This document shows positions 35,525 to 48,942 of a DNA stretch of 64,000 bases, one piece after another. The notes below the pieces were generated by a model. The model worked only from the letters and a program-made list of their open reading frames with translations, was not told the origin of the DNA and did not search any database. Both the position numbers and the translations under genes were made by a program. Numbering within the stretch: position 1 is the first letter of the stretch; every line of letters begins with the position of its first letter. Source of the stretch: Macrostomum lignano (Eukaryota); contig NIVC01000230.1 in assembly GCA_002269645.1 (NCBI GenBank), positions 310,001 to 374,000 on the forward strand, in the 5' to 3' direction.

Positions 35525-36865
35525 CTGATGCTTCTTCAGCCACTCCTACCCGGATGTCTCTTGTGTTTCGAATGGTTGTGCACGTAAAATTAACCTATTA
35601 CCCTGATGCTTCTGAAGGAACTCCAGCCCTGATGCTTCTGAAGGAACTCCAGCCCTGATGCTTCTGAAGGAACTCCAACCCTGATGCTTCTGCAGGAACT
35701 CCAACCCTGATGCTTCTACAGGAACTCCAACCCTGATGCTTCTGCAGGAACTCCAACCCTGATGCTTCTGCAGGAACTCCAGCCCTGATGCTTCTGCATG
35801 AACTCCAACCCTGATGCTTCTGCATGAACTCCAACCCTGATGCTTCTGCATGAACTCCAACCCTGATGCTTCTACAGCCACTCCTACCCGGATGTCTCTT
35901 GTGTTTCGAATGGTTGTGCACGTAAAATTAACCTATTACCCTGATGCTTCTGAAGGAACTCCAGCCCTGATGCTTCTGAAGGAACTCCAGCCCTGATGCT
36001 TCTGCAGGAACTCCAACCCTGATGCTTCTGCAGGAACTCCAACCCTGATGCTTCTACAGCCACTCCTACCCGGATGTCTCTTGTGTTTCGAATGGTTGTG
36101 CACGTAAAATTAACCTATTACCCTGATGCTTCTGAAGGAACTCCAGCCCTGATGCTTCTGAAGGAACTCCAGCCCTGATGCTTCTGCAGGAACTCCAACC
36201 CTGATGCTTCTGCAGGAACTCCAACCCTGATGCTTCTACAGCCACTCCTACCCGGATGTCTCTTGTGTTTCGAATGGTTGTGCACGTAAAATTAACCTAT
36301 TACCCTGATGCTTCTGAAGGAACTCCAGCCCTGATGCTTCTGAAGGAACTCCAACCCTGATGCTTCTGCAGGAACTCCAACCCTGATGCTTCTGCAGGAA
36401 CTCCAACCCTGATGCTTCTACAGGAACTCCAACCCTGATGCTTCTGCAGGAACTCCAACCCTGATGCTTCTGCAGGAACTCCAACCCTGATGCTTCTACA
36501 GCCACTCCAACCCTGATGCTTCTGCAGGAACTCCAACCCTGATGCTTCTGCATGAACTCCAACCCTGATGCTTCTGCATGAACTCCAACTCTGATGCTTC
36601 TGCATGAACTCCAACCCTGATGCTTCTGCAGGAACTCCAACCCTGATGCTTCTGCATGAACTCCAACCCTGATGCTTCTGCAGGAACTCCAACCCTGATG
36701 CTTCTGCAGGAACTCCAACCCTGATGCTTCTGCAGGAACTCCAGCCCTGATGCTTCTGCAGGAACTCCAACCCTGATGCTTCTGCAGGAACTCCAACCCT
36801 GATGCTTCTGCAGGAACTCCAGCCCTGATGCTTCTGCAGGAACTCCAACCCTGATGCTTCTGCAG
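35525..36865. repeat. 26-bp minisatellite (ccctgatgcttctgcaggaactccaa)n interrupted by four copies of a constant spacer of about 60 bp
   Basis: Spacer ccactcctacccggatgtctc..aacctatta at about 35540, 35878, 36060 and 36240. Confidence 0.95.
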
Positions 36866-37029
36866 GCCTCTCAACAGCTTCTTGCGTTTCTCATGGTCCT
36901 GCACGTAACATTAGTCTCTACTATACAATTTTCTATAGTCTTCTGTACTTCTTTATTCTTCTTTGTGTCAGTGGCACTTCTGGTTTGCATTACATCTCCA
37001 CTCTGATCCTGACTTCAAGTTCAAGGATC

Positions 37030-37740
37030 AAAGTCTCCATCTCTTCCTAAAATATACAAATCCTGGCTATATTTTTGGGCACTCAGCTTGAGTCTCACCG
37101 TTCGATAAGCCTAGCCAAGTCGTGGTGCCCGCCGCTTTTAGCAATATCCAAAGCACTGCGACCTTCACTATCCTTCAATTCCAGCAGTCTCAATCGTTTG
37201 TCATTGCTTTTCTGATTCCATTTTTTCAGACGCAACAGATGCAGCAGGTGCTTGGCGCAGTCACGACTGCCAGACAGCGCAGCCTCCATCAGCGGAGTGG
37301 CGCCTCGCCAATTCAGCAGCCACTTGGAGTCGAACGGCAGCAGCGCCAGCAGTCGCAGCTGGTTGCGCCTGGCCGCCAGGTGAGCTGCCGTGTCGCCAGA
37401 TTCCTCGTCTCTCGACATCGGATCAGCGCCTTGAAATAGAAAGTACTCGATGCACTTTGTTGTCGATACAGGCGTCTCATTGCAGGTGTCAGCTGCCGCT
37501 ACCAGCATGAGAACCGTCCAGCCTTTGTCATCGTCCACAGTTTTCACCAGGTCCGCGGTAGCGAAACGACGAACAAGGCTGATCTCGCCTTGAACAGCTA
37601 GCTGGGATAGTTCCTGATTCAAGGTGGGGAATATCTCTAACAGCAGGTTAGAGGAAATTTATTTGAGTTCTTACGATAGTTCAGTCGGCCCGTTTAGTCA
37701 CCTTTACATCGCAGGAAAATCTTGGCAAAGCCGACGCCAT
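37030..37740 (-). CDS. Ankyrin-repeat protein; main exon about 37613-37099, flanking exons tentative
   Basis: KGWTVLMLVAA, SGDTAAHLAAR, RGATPLMEAA, EGRSALDIAK. Strong donor cg|gtgaga at 37098; candidate ATG at 37740 and a short terminal exon near 37048. Confidence 0.7.
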
Positions 37741-38059
37741 TAGCTCGTGTGTAGTTCTTGCGGAGGCTCTCTGACAACGCGCTTTTAATGCATCTACACT
37801 ATTAAACTGCCTGCAGATACATTACAACCGAACTAACTTTCAGCAGGCTTATTAACTCTGTCTTTAACGCCTTGCCTTTAGCAGAGATAATTTTTCTGCG
37901 GAAGCAAACTATATACCGCTAGACAGGCGTGTGTGTGATTGAAAGTTTACGTTTCGTGATCAAAATGTGCGTTCTTAGTACACATGCTTGCATGCACACT
38001 TCGCTGTATAGCTGCTTTTCTCTAACTAACAGTAAGAACACCAAGCCATTTTCCGCCCG

Positions 38060-39035
38060 TCGAACTACCAAGAGGGGGGGGGGTAATTCCCCTTGACAAT
38101 TTTTTTGCTGCGCCATATTGGAGCAACGCAGGCCAACTTTTCAAGAACACGGGCCAACTTTTGTTGCGCACCTTCTCAAACAAGAATCAGGTCGCCAGCC
38201 TTCCAGACCGTTGAGATATTCGACGATTCTGCCAGAAGGTCGGATTTTTCCCATAAGCGCCAGTGTATTCAGTACACCCCTGTGCGCCAATCATCGAACA
38301 GATGTATCTGCATCAGCTGTGACTTCTTTGGTCACTAGCCCTCACCCAGGCGGAGCTTCTGGACCTTCAACAGGTGGCAGCAGGTAACTCTGGACACCCT
38401 AATGCAAATTTCTCTAGTTTCACCCATCAAGCCTCGACAGTGGGCTAGCCGCCACTGCTGGACATCCTCAGCTAGTCTCTCAAGCATTCAGTCATCACCA
38501 CGACGCCGTCGGCACCTCCAACAGGTGGCACCTGTGGTATTCTGTGGTCACATCTGTTGCACATCTTCTTAGGTACAATATCGCACAGTAAGTAACTTGT
38601 TGGCTACATCGTCCCACAACTTATAGAGAAATTCGCATCAGGGTGTCCATAGTCCCCTGGAGCCACCTGTTGAAGGTCCAGAAGCTCCGCCTGGGTAAAG
38701 GCCAGTGACCAACGAAGTCAGTTCTGATGCAGACACATGTGTTCGACGTGCTGTTGAAATTTGGAGACTTGGAAAGGCTGCGATGAGGCGCAGTGCTGAT
38801 TGGCGCACAGGGGTGCAATGAATACACTGGCGCTTATGGAAAAAATCCGACCTTCTGGCAGAATCGTCGAATATCTCAACGGTCTGGAGGGCTGGCGACC
38901 TGATTCTTGTTTGAGAAGGAGCGCAACAAAAGTTAGCCCGTTTTCTTGAATTTCGTGTGTCGGTGTTTGCTCCAATACGGCGTAGCAAAAAAATTGTCAG
39001 GGGGAATTCGCCCCCCCCCCTCTTGGTAGTAGTTC
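38060..39035. mobile_element. Foldback-like inverted duplication (arms about 38060-38417 and 38625-39035)
   Basis: The two arms are diverged reverse complements (e.g. aaacaagaatcaggtcgccagcc..ccagaccgttgagatattcgacgattctgccagaaggtcggatt) around a spacer of about 200 bp. Confidence 0.75.
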
Positions 39036-39040
39036 TACTG

Positions 39041-39960
39041 TTAACCATTTGGAAGCCAAAGTCCTGCACTGCAGGCCATACCGAAACGGCTCAAAAACCC
39101 AGAGATTGAAAAATGTCTATGGCATCAAAAACCATCTCCCAGTCACTAAAGCAAGTGCCCAGTATGGCCTGCTGTGCAGGTCATGATTAATTTAAAGAAG
39201 CCCTGCATTATGCATTTCCGTTATGTTTTCACTCAAATTTTAAATGTGAAATGAGCGAGCACAGTGAAAACATGAGGTGATGCACAAATGTATGGTCGTA
39301 TTAAATTTTAATCTCTTCGCTACTGACCTACGAGTATTATAACTAGTAGTATTAAACAAATACAAAATTTAACTGCATGGTTCCAAACAAAACAAGGACA
39401 TGAAAAGAAATGTGTAACAGGGTTCAAGTTAGGAGACGCCAATGCAGGATCGCTCGTGGGACTTCAATGTGTCTCGTGCCAGATCCTGAAGCATGGATCT
39501 GGGACAGAGACCAGGATTTCCGGGACAGTGGCTGCAGCAAAATACTGTCTTCTTAGCTGGAACGTCAGGTTTCAAAGAGCACATTCGGCATCGTTTGCTT
39601 GGGCGAGCCTGGGCTTCCGTTGCTGGGAGTCTCATTGGTGAATGAATTGGACGGTTAGCCTGCATCAGGGCTGGAACCTGAGTCGGTGGCCGAGCGCGTC
39701 CCGGTCCTGAGTTGCGGATCAGCGTCTTGATACTATTCTCTAGGAAAGTCAAAAATTTGGCTGTCCCACCACATTTCTTGTACAGCGTCCAAGCGTTTCG
39801 TACAAGCGTGAGAATCAGGTGAAACGCGACTTTCTGGAACCATTTGTAGGACTTACGATTTGGATGGTAGAGATGCACGGACGCATCAAGTCGATCAACA
39901 CCGCCCATTTTGCGATTGTACTGGATGTACTGGATGTATTAGTAGGGCATTTGCATTGCA
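39041..39960 (-). mobile_element. piggyBac transposon, 5'-truncated and pseudogenised 3' end
   Basis: YNRKMGGVDRLD, KSYKWFQKVAFHL and a C-terminal CRMC..CCSHC..LC-frameshift-PCFRIWH domain. Candidate end TTAA|CCATTT at 39041; short inverted repeat at 39063-39180. Confidence 0.85.
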
Positions 39961-42900
39961 CAGTATATTATAGTACATTTATGCATACCTCCAATCACCG
40001 TGCACCCTCCTGAGCAGAGCCGTCGAGACTGGGCCAGGTCTTTGACCAGGCCTGCTGACTCCCGCTCTGCTGCACCCCCTACTGCCTCGGCTCCGTCTCC
40101 CACGCCGCCACACATGCCGGAGCCCCTGTCTCTCTCTATTATACCTCCCCCGCTACTCTATCTCCTATGCGCTCTACCCTATTCATTGTGTACTTTTCCC
40201 AATCCCACTCTTTTTTGTCTCTTTTTACACTGTTTTCCTGCGCTGTCCCCCTCTTTTGGTACCTACTTACAGTACTTTGTGCGCTCACCGTCACCCCATC
40301 CCTTATCAAACTCCCAAACGGTGACGCAAGTCCTGTGACCCCTCTTTCCTCTCGATGACTCATCAATGACTCATCACCCTCTCTTGTGCAACCTTTTCTC
40401 ATGCCATTGTTTTCCTCCCCAAATTTCTCATGCGGCACCCACCCCACCTCCGCTTCTATTGTTCTCGTTTTTGATTATTTTGCTCTCCTTTTTGCACCCA
40501 ATTAGCAGTCCCTAATGTTTACTTTTCTATCCCCTAATTATTAACTATTACTAACCTACTCATTATTCACTCGTTCACCATCATTTCACTCATGGCTTGC
40601 TAAGCCTTTCTCCCGGATAAGGAAATTTGGGTAAGCTAATGGCCTCTCCCTGTGCAAAGCCCGCCTGTGTGTGCGTGCTGCGGGTCCGCGTGTGCGGGAA
40701 GTAGAGGGAATTAGCGAGTCTTGGCACAGAATGGCAGTAGGAAGGTTGCAACCCCATGCTGACGCGTCCCTTCGCCCTGAGCAATCTAAACTAGAGACAG
40801 TACATGTTCACCTCACACCACTCTTAGTAATTGAAGCCGCGAATCAGCCTCGCTCACAGCCACAAAGGATCCCCTGCTGAGAAATCCTCCAGATTGAGCC
40901 CAGAGTTCCCGATCATGCCCCAAGCAGAGTCCCTGTACTCGGCTGCATGTGTCTCCCCTGTTAGCCTAAATTCTCTGGTAACAATCCAGGCGGAGCTCTA
41001 GCCTCGAGAGGTCTAGAGACACTCGAGAGTAAGATCTACATGTAGGAGCGCCAGGTCACATAGAGTGGTGGCAGCCACTCGGTCATACTATCTATGCACC
41101 TTGCACCTTGGCTACAGATGGGGTCCATGTGGGTCCTTGGCCCTCTATGGTCACGAAAGCGCTACTAAATTAAGCTATCAATCATGTGGGCGGGACAATC
41201 TAGTATTGGAGGTCCGTCAGGTCATTGCCAGTCATAGGCAGCCTACGGTCATTGCCCCCTCTGGTCATGCGTTCGTCTTTCAGCAGAGCAGACAGGCGAC
41301 AAGGGCGGTTACATCACTTAGATCGAGCCAATTGAGATCTGTGCATGTACTTCCAACGTCTTCATCTGTATTTGGGCTTCTGTATATGTACGAGTATATG
41401 GGTGGAGCAACTGCATTGTGCAGTGTTGGTTTTGGTTTTAATCACTTCGAGAGCTCTCGACGATCTCGACTCTTGTTGTGAGCGTCGATCTTACGGTTAG
41501 TCTCGTACTTAGCAGCAGACAGCTAGCTGCTTGACATTTCAAAAATTTTTACCAAACACATCCTGAGTTGAAATTTGTGGTATATATAGCTTTTTAGCTC
41601 GTAAAAACTGCTAAAATTTTGCTGTTCTGTACCATATCATTTTATTGTACATAAGCTACATGTACATGTAGGTCTAAATTCTCGAGCGACGCGGGTGGTG
41701 CATGTGTACACTTGCTTGTCGCTGGATTGTCTGTCCCCGGTTTGACTGTCACCGGATCGCCTTGTCACCTGTTCGACCCGGTCCCCATACTAAGTAATCA
41801 GCTTTGATTTTCCCTAACTGTATGAGGATTGGTCCAGTACGGTGAACCCCAATATCGTTTGAAAGATCGACGGGGCATGTACTTCCTGGATATTTTTGTT
41901 GGCCCGTTACCAAAGAAGAATTGAGCTGAAAGGCAGCCATTTTTAGTTTCCTTGAGTCATTCGATGTTTTTATACATGTAATTATATACTGCGCTCAAAT
42001 TGACAATGATTAGTAAGAATAGTTACGACATTTGGAAACAACAATTGTTTTTTAGCATAACTATAAGTAAAAGTCTTTTTCTTAGTAAATTAATGCAATA
42101 TTACACTAAAGTTCGTTTGTCTGTATATCTATATTACTTTTTTGTTATACTTTGCATTTTAAAAATGGCTGACAAAGTGCTTGTTTGTATAAATACGTTT
42201 TGGCTAAATCATATAGTATTGGTAACTGATACAGAGCTTATAACAACTACATTTTTAGGTTCCTAAACAAATTCCCTAGCAGAAATGAAAGTTCTGCTGT
42301 CTAGTTTTACACCATAGTAGTTATTTTTGTCCAGTATTCGAAATTACCACAGAAAATTCTGGGAAATTACATTAGCTACATATTGTGTAACTTAAATTGG
42401 CGCTTTTTTTACCACCCAGCGATTTGAATTATCATTTTTACTGGCAAACATTTGAAATTGAAGGCATGGATCATACTTTCCAAGAACATTTCATTAGAAA
42501 ATGGCTGCAAAAGCAAGATTTAATAAGTACTGTCTATTTGATTCCATTTACGCCTTTACACATTGTACTTCTAGTTCTATGTTGATGTCCCAATTTGGGA
42601 TAAATCCTAAGGCCCAGGCCTAACCAAAGCCCCGACAGGGCTAGGGTCTAGTCTATTACTAAATAGAACTTTATAGCCTAGGTCACATCACAAGTGCAGT
42701 GCTGAAGTGCTAGGGTGCAAGCGAGACCTGTTTTTCTGGCAAAAGCCTATCCTAGATTAGATTTGTATATAGGCCTAGGCCTAGGCCTAGCCTAGACTAG
42801 ACCTACTGAAAAATCAGGCTATTCTATTCTTTAGTCACCCTCTGCCTCTATAAGTCTAAAGTCTATAATAAGTCTCGAATCTGGATAGGCTAGGCTGGGG

Positions 42901-44879
42901 CTGGCTGTGCAATATATGGTCTAGGCCAATAATTTTTATTCTAGGCCTAGGGTCCAAGTGACAATTATTGAATTAAGTCATGACATGAATGTTTTCTGTT
43001 CAGTAGGGACAAGGCCTTGAGTCTAAGGATTATATATTCTTGGATTTAACCTTTGTTAATATTAAGCCATATTTCAGATCTAGTCTAGGTCTAGGACCTA
43101 GGTCTAGCTGTCTAGGCCTTGTTCTATTGTTTAAAATTGAAAAAATAGCCTCCCTTACTACTAGTACTAGGCCCTAGTGGCTAGCTGTCAATTATCATAT
43201 TATATAAAACTACCTTTTTACAATTTAGGGCTATTCTCTATCTTAGTAAGTTTTGGTTTATCTTGGTTGAAGATCGTTGATCAACAAAAAGTTTGATTTA
43301 TTGCTGCGTCTCTATGCTTCAATCATTTGCTCTGAAACTTTTATCAATTCTTGATGCATGTCTTAGCTTTGCAATGACATCTTAGACACATGATTGCCTT
43401 TTGTATTTCCCAAGATATTCGCTTCCAAAATGTGTTTATAAGGGGTGCCAAATGAATTCATTTTTTGGCATACTTTGCATTTGTGCCAATGTTTTTTTCC
43501 TTTAGGACAGAAAATTTCTGCTTACAAATTTTTTAAGCTGAATATGGTGTCAGAGTAAGGAATGTATCCCAAAACATGAATTCATTTTTTGTATGAATTA
43601 TCTATTGGCAGTGCTTATCCCCACGGTACCGTAGGAATAATTTCTGTCTTATTCCAACGGTACCGTGCGAATAATTTTCTGCTTATCCGCACGGCACACT
43701 GAGGAGATAGCTGCCCTATCTTCTACATATGCCGTGCGAATAATTTTCTGCTTATCCGCACGGCACACTGACGAGATAGCTGCCCTATCTTCTACATATG
43801 CCGTGCGAATAATTTTCTGCTTATCCGCACGGCACACTGACGAGATATAGCTGCCCTATCTTCTACATATGCCGTGCGAATAATTTTCTGCTTATCCGCA
43901 CGGCACACTGACGAGATAGCTGCCCTATCTTCTACATATGCCGTGCGAATAATTTTCTGCTTATCCGCACGGCACACTGACGAGATAGCTGCCCTATCTT
44001 CTACATATGCCGTGTTGTGGCAAGTTTAGTACATACGATTTAAGTGCAGTATAACAACATAACTTGGCTTGAACATTTGTTCTAAAGAAATAAAGATTTT
44101 TTCTATGAGAAAGAATTTTTTTGTGTAGTAACAAATGATTTAAATTAAATTAACTCTAAGAATTGTTTATTATTTAAATTTTTAGCAAAGTCTAATCTGA
44201 TCTCGCCGTGATTTATATGGCGAAATCCAAAAACGTGGGATAAAGCGGTAAAACAAATCTGCGGACTATGAATGGAAGGTAATGTATCCGAAAAAGCATT
44301 TTAAAGGACAGGTAAGTCTTTAAAAAAAAGTTCAGGACACAAACTTTCATTTTTATACCACTGCATTGCTGAATAAACGAGCAAAACCACTAAAAAAGCA
44401 TTTTTTAAAGTGCGTATTGACACCTTCGCGATTATTTTTTTTCACTTTTTTTGCAAATAAACAATTAATTATAAGACTTTTTAGTCTCAAAAAGGGCTAA
44501 TTTTTTCTTTTGCTTACAAAGGAGAAAGAATTCTGTGTTTTACTTTTTATTTTTTTTAAAAAGAACAAGCAGTTCAAAAGATTTTGAACTTTTTCTAAAA
44601 CCACCTAAACTCTCAAAAACTCGATACTAACTCAAAGCGCAAACTTTGCCAGCAAACCTTTTTCTCCCGAAGTAAGTATACCACTTATTTCTTGTTGCAA
44701 AATAATCTTTAAGATGTCTTCTTTGATTTAAGTATTGACTTGTATCATGGTATTGTTCGTAATAGGCCATATTAAGGCTTTAAAAATTTCAGTGAAAAAT
44801 TTTGGACCACAAAATTTAAATCCGGAAATCAAATCAAATGCATCCTGTAGACGAAGTAAGCAATGAAATATCATAAACT

Positions 44880-45545
44880 TACACTTAAATATGCATCATC
44901 GCGGCGTGTATGCAGGAAAAAAAGAATTTTCTCAATAGGTATTGTAGAAGCTGAGAAAAACGCGATTTTCCAATCCTTATGGGAATTCTAATGTGTTACC
45001 CGGCTTCCAAAGTAAGCGCTTACTGTAAGCTTATTAAGCAACCAGGTATCGTGAAACTTCACTTAAATGTGTATCATCGCGGCGTGTATGCAGGAAAAAA
45101 TGAATTTTCTTGATAGGTATTGTAGAAGCTGAGAAAAACGCGATTTTCCAATCCTTATGGGAATTCTAATGTGTTACCCGGCTTCCAAAGTAAGCGCTTA
45201 CTGTAAGCTTATTAAGCAACCAGGTATCGTGAAACTTCACTTAAATGTGTATCATCGCGGCGTGTATGCAGGAAAAAAAGAATTTTCTTGATAGGTATTG
45301 TAGAAGCTGAGAAAAACGCGATTTTCCAATCCTTATGGGAATTCTAATGTGTTACCCGGCTTCCAAAGTAAGCGCTTACTGTAAGCTTATTAAGCAACCA
45401 GGTATCGTGAAACTTCACTTAAATGTGTATCATCGCGGCGTGTATGCAGGAAAAAAAGAATTTTCTTGATAGGTATTGTAGAAGCTGAGAAAAACGCGAT
45501 TTTCCAATCCTTATGGGAATTCTAATGTGTTACCCGGCTTCCAAA
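44880..45545. repeat. 178-bp tandem repeat, about 3.7 copies
   Basis: Unit starts at 44887, 45065, 45243 and 45421. Confidence 0.95.
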
Positions 45546-45957
45546 TAAGGTGTTGAATAAGTGTACTTTTATAATTTCTATGTATAATACACTTCAAACA
45601 ACTAGTAAGGCAGTTTTGGTATTTTTCATTTTGTTATAAACTAGTTTAGCATTTTAGGACAGCTAACTGAATCCCTTGATACACTTGCAGATCATGGCCA
45701 ATTCTATTCACTAATGTTGAATTGATTAATGAATAAATTATTAAAACACTATTTGCAGACTGGCAATATACCCAAAAGATGTGACTGATAATTGACAAAG
45801 CTTCTTTTCATTTATTAGATCAATAACCCAGGTTAAAAATAAGGCAACAATTGTTACATAACTAGATATAAAAGATAAAGACAATGGTGAGTGGAAAGCA
45901 CAGTATATATGCTATATAATAGCAACCCCCAACCCTGCTTTAGTGACTGGTCCATAC

Positions 45958-46100
45958 AAATATATCACTAAAAGCACTGGAAACCTCAAGAAGAGAAATA
46001 CTTGAACCTTCAATATATCACTAAAAGCACTGGAAACCTCAAGAAGAGAAATACTTGAACCTTCAATATATCACTAAAAGCACTGGAAACCTCAAGAAGA
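45958..46100. repeat. 53-bp tandem repeat, about 2.7 copies
   Basis: tatatcactaaaagcactgg at 45961, 46014 and 46067. Confidence 0.9.
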
Positions 46101-46448
46101 GAAATACTTAAACCTTCAATTTTCTAATTTTCGAAGCAGACAAAAACATTCTGGTTTGGAGTCTTGCAAATTTATAGCAACAATTGTATTGTGCATGATG
46201 AGGTATAGCACAATGAAAACAAAATGATTTTATTATTTAACTATTAAAAATTTTGTAAGTTCAAATGGATTTGTTAGCAGTGTAAATCCTTGCACTTTGC
46301 ACCTTGCACATTGCAAAAGTAAAGCACTCAAGTTTACTCACAATTCTATGTTGTACAAGTGTTGAGAAAAAGCAAGAATTACAGTAGTACATAGTATAGT
46401 TTATGTACTATGTGCTACTGTAATTTTTGCTAATTCACAGTTTCAGAT

Positions 46449-48900
46449 ATGACGAAGACCAAGTGCTCCAAGAGGAAGCTCAGCTCTGTTCAACAATATC
46501 AGGAACAGAAAGCCATGGACCCCACCTTCAAGGAGCGCCGACGTGAGTCTGACCGCAATCGCTACCAGAAGCAGCTTGCCACGGCAACAGATGAAGAGCT
46601 GAGTGTTCGTCGTGAGCAAAAGCGGAAGGCCATGGCCAAGTCAAGAGCCAAGAAGAAGCAGGAACTCCGTGATTCAGCAGCAGCCACCATCACCGCTGAG
46701 GACGCAGGTACTGTGGATTCAAAGGCTGACAGTGCTGTGACAACTGAGACCGAAGTCCAGACTGACAGTACTGATGACCGAGGCCGACGTCCAGACTGCT
46801 GACAGTACTGTGACAACCGAGGCCGACGTCCAGACTGACAGTACTGTGATGACCGAGGCCGACGTCCAGACTGCTGACAGTACTGTTGTGACCAAGTCCA
46901 ACCTGAAGTCTGCCGCTGCAACTCAGAGAGAGCGAGCAAAGCTCACGAACCGGATGGTGGCTGCTGGAGCTGAATCAGAGAGGCTTCGCAAAAAGATTAG
47001 GGAGCTTAAATCTGCACAAAAATCATCCGCCTACCCCGTTTTAGGTTTTCAGGTTTCATCTGCTGAGGATGTCGAAACGACCGACCACATCATCGATGCC
47101 CTGGTGTCCAACAAGAAGCTGACTGCCGTCCGACTCACCGTGTCCAAGATCTGCAAGTCTGCACCTGCCAACATTCGAGAGAAGGTCCTAAAGAAACTCC
47201 AATGCACCCACAAGGTTGTGAAGAAGGTACAAAAGCATCGGGTCGAGCGCCAACAAGAAGCCCTGGTCATCAAGTTCTACGAGCGAGATGACAACACACG
47301 CGCCAGTGCTTCCAAGAAGGAGACCATCTGCGTCAAGGGAGTCCATCACCAGAAGAGGTATCTCCTTCGCACTCGGAACGCCCTTTTCAAGAAGTTCAAG
47401 AAGGAGCATCCGAATTGCAAAGTGAGCAAAAGCAGTTTCTACAAGTGGAAACCGCGGTACATTGTCAAGCCACGGCTGGATGACCGGGACCAGTGTCTTT
47501 GCAAGCAATGCACCAACCTTGATGTATGTAAAATACTAATACTGTGTAATTTTACTAATTTTAGTTGTTTGTAATAACTAACACCATTTCACAAGTCTAT
47601 AGCACACTGCACACTGCACGACGCCCAAATTGCACTTGCACCTTGATTTGCACTATTTTGTTTGTAGCTGCTTCTCGCTGCCATGCATGCGGTCAAGCTT
47701 GTCAGGTCTAAGGACAAGCATAAGCTGCTGAAAACAATCATCTGTACCAACTCTGAACAGCATGCTTGCTTTAAAAGACAGTGCACAAGCTGCCAAAACA
47801 AGACTGCCATCAATCCAGAGGGACCAGCTTTAGAAACCGTGCACTACAAGGCCTGGGAAATTGTTCAGGAATCCAGGTTCCAATCTACGAAACTGATCGA
47901 CAAAACAGCCACCAAGGAGGAGATCATCGCCAAGCTAGACAAGGACCTCTCTGACTATGCTGGCCACTACATGCGAATTCGTCATCAATATGTAGCAATT
48001 GAACAACTGAAGGCGTCTCTAAAGCCAGGTCACCTGCTCCTGCATGTGGACTTCTCCGAGAACTACAGACTCAAGTACGGAACTGAAGTTACAGCTGCAC
48101 ACTTTGGTGGCCACAGTGAGGTGACCATCCACCAAGGCGTCGCCTACTGGAGGGTACCAGGCAACCCCAAAGTGATCGCAAAGTCCTTCGCATCGCTGTC
48201 TGATGACAACCGCAAAGTAAGACATTTTTGTCTGAAAGAAGTGTTAGGGAAAACTTGTAGAAATAGACCCAACTTCCAATATTTTAACCGGAATGCATCT
48301 TTATCTGAATCTCCAGGTTGCTGGTGCCATAGCAGCACATCTTAGCCTTGTCCTAGACCACTTCGCAGCTTCCGGCATCGGGCGAGTCAGCATCATTTCG
48401 GACTCGCCCAGCAGCCAATATCGTAACAAGAAGAATATCTTTGGCTTTGATGAGCTTATGCGCAGGCGAAACATCAGCGACTGGCAATGGATCTACACGG
48501 AGGCTGGACATGGCAAAGGTGCCGCGGACGGAGTGGGCGGCAACATCAAGCGACAATGCGACGCAGCTGCAGCAGCAGGAACTGATGTTGCTTCACTAGA
48601 CGACATGCTGCGAGTGCTCAATGCGGAGAAACAACTGAAGACCAAACTGTTCACAGTGACATCGGCGGAAATCGACACATGGATGGAATACATCAGCGCT
48701 GCCAATCTGCTCGACATGAAAGGTATTCGCTACACGCACCACGTGAGCCGGACGCAGGCAGGGATCATCTACAGGCAGCTAGTTTGCTGCTGCTCTGATC
48801 CCACCGAGACCTGCAGCTGCCATGGTGCTTTACTCTGGGTACCATTGGCACCGGCACAAACTAGGACCATCCAGCAAGCGGCCGACGGGACAGCACCAAC

Positions 48901-48942
<42 letters not shown>

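Noticed and set aside
35525-36910. CRISPR-like repeat/spacer appearance
   Set aside because: Spacers are identical rather than unique, repeats are contiguous, there are no cas genes, and the context is eukaryotic
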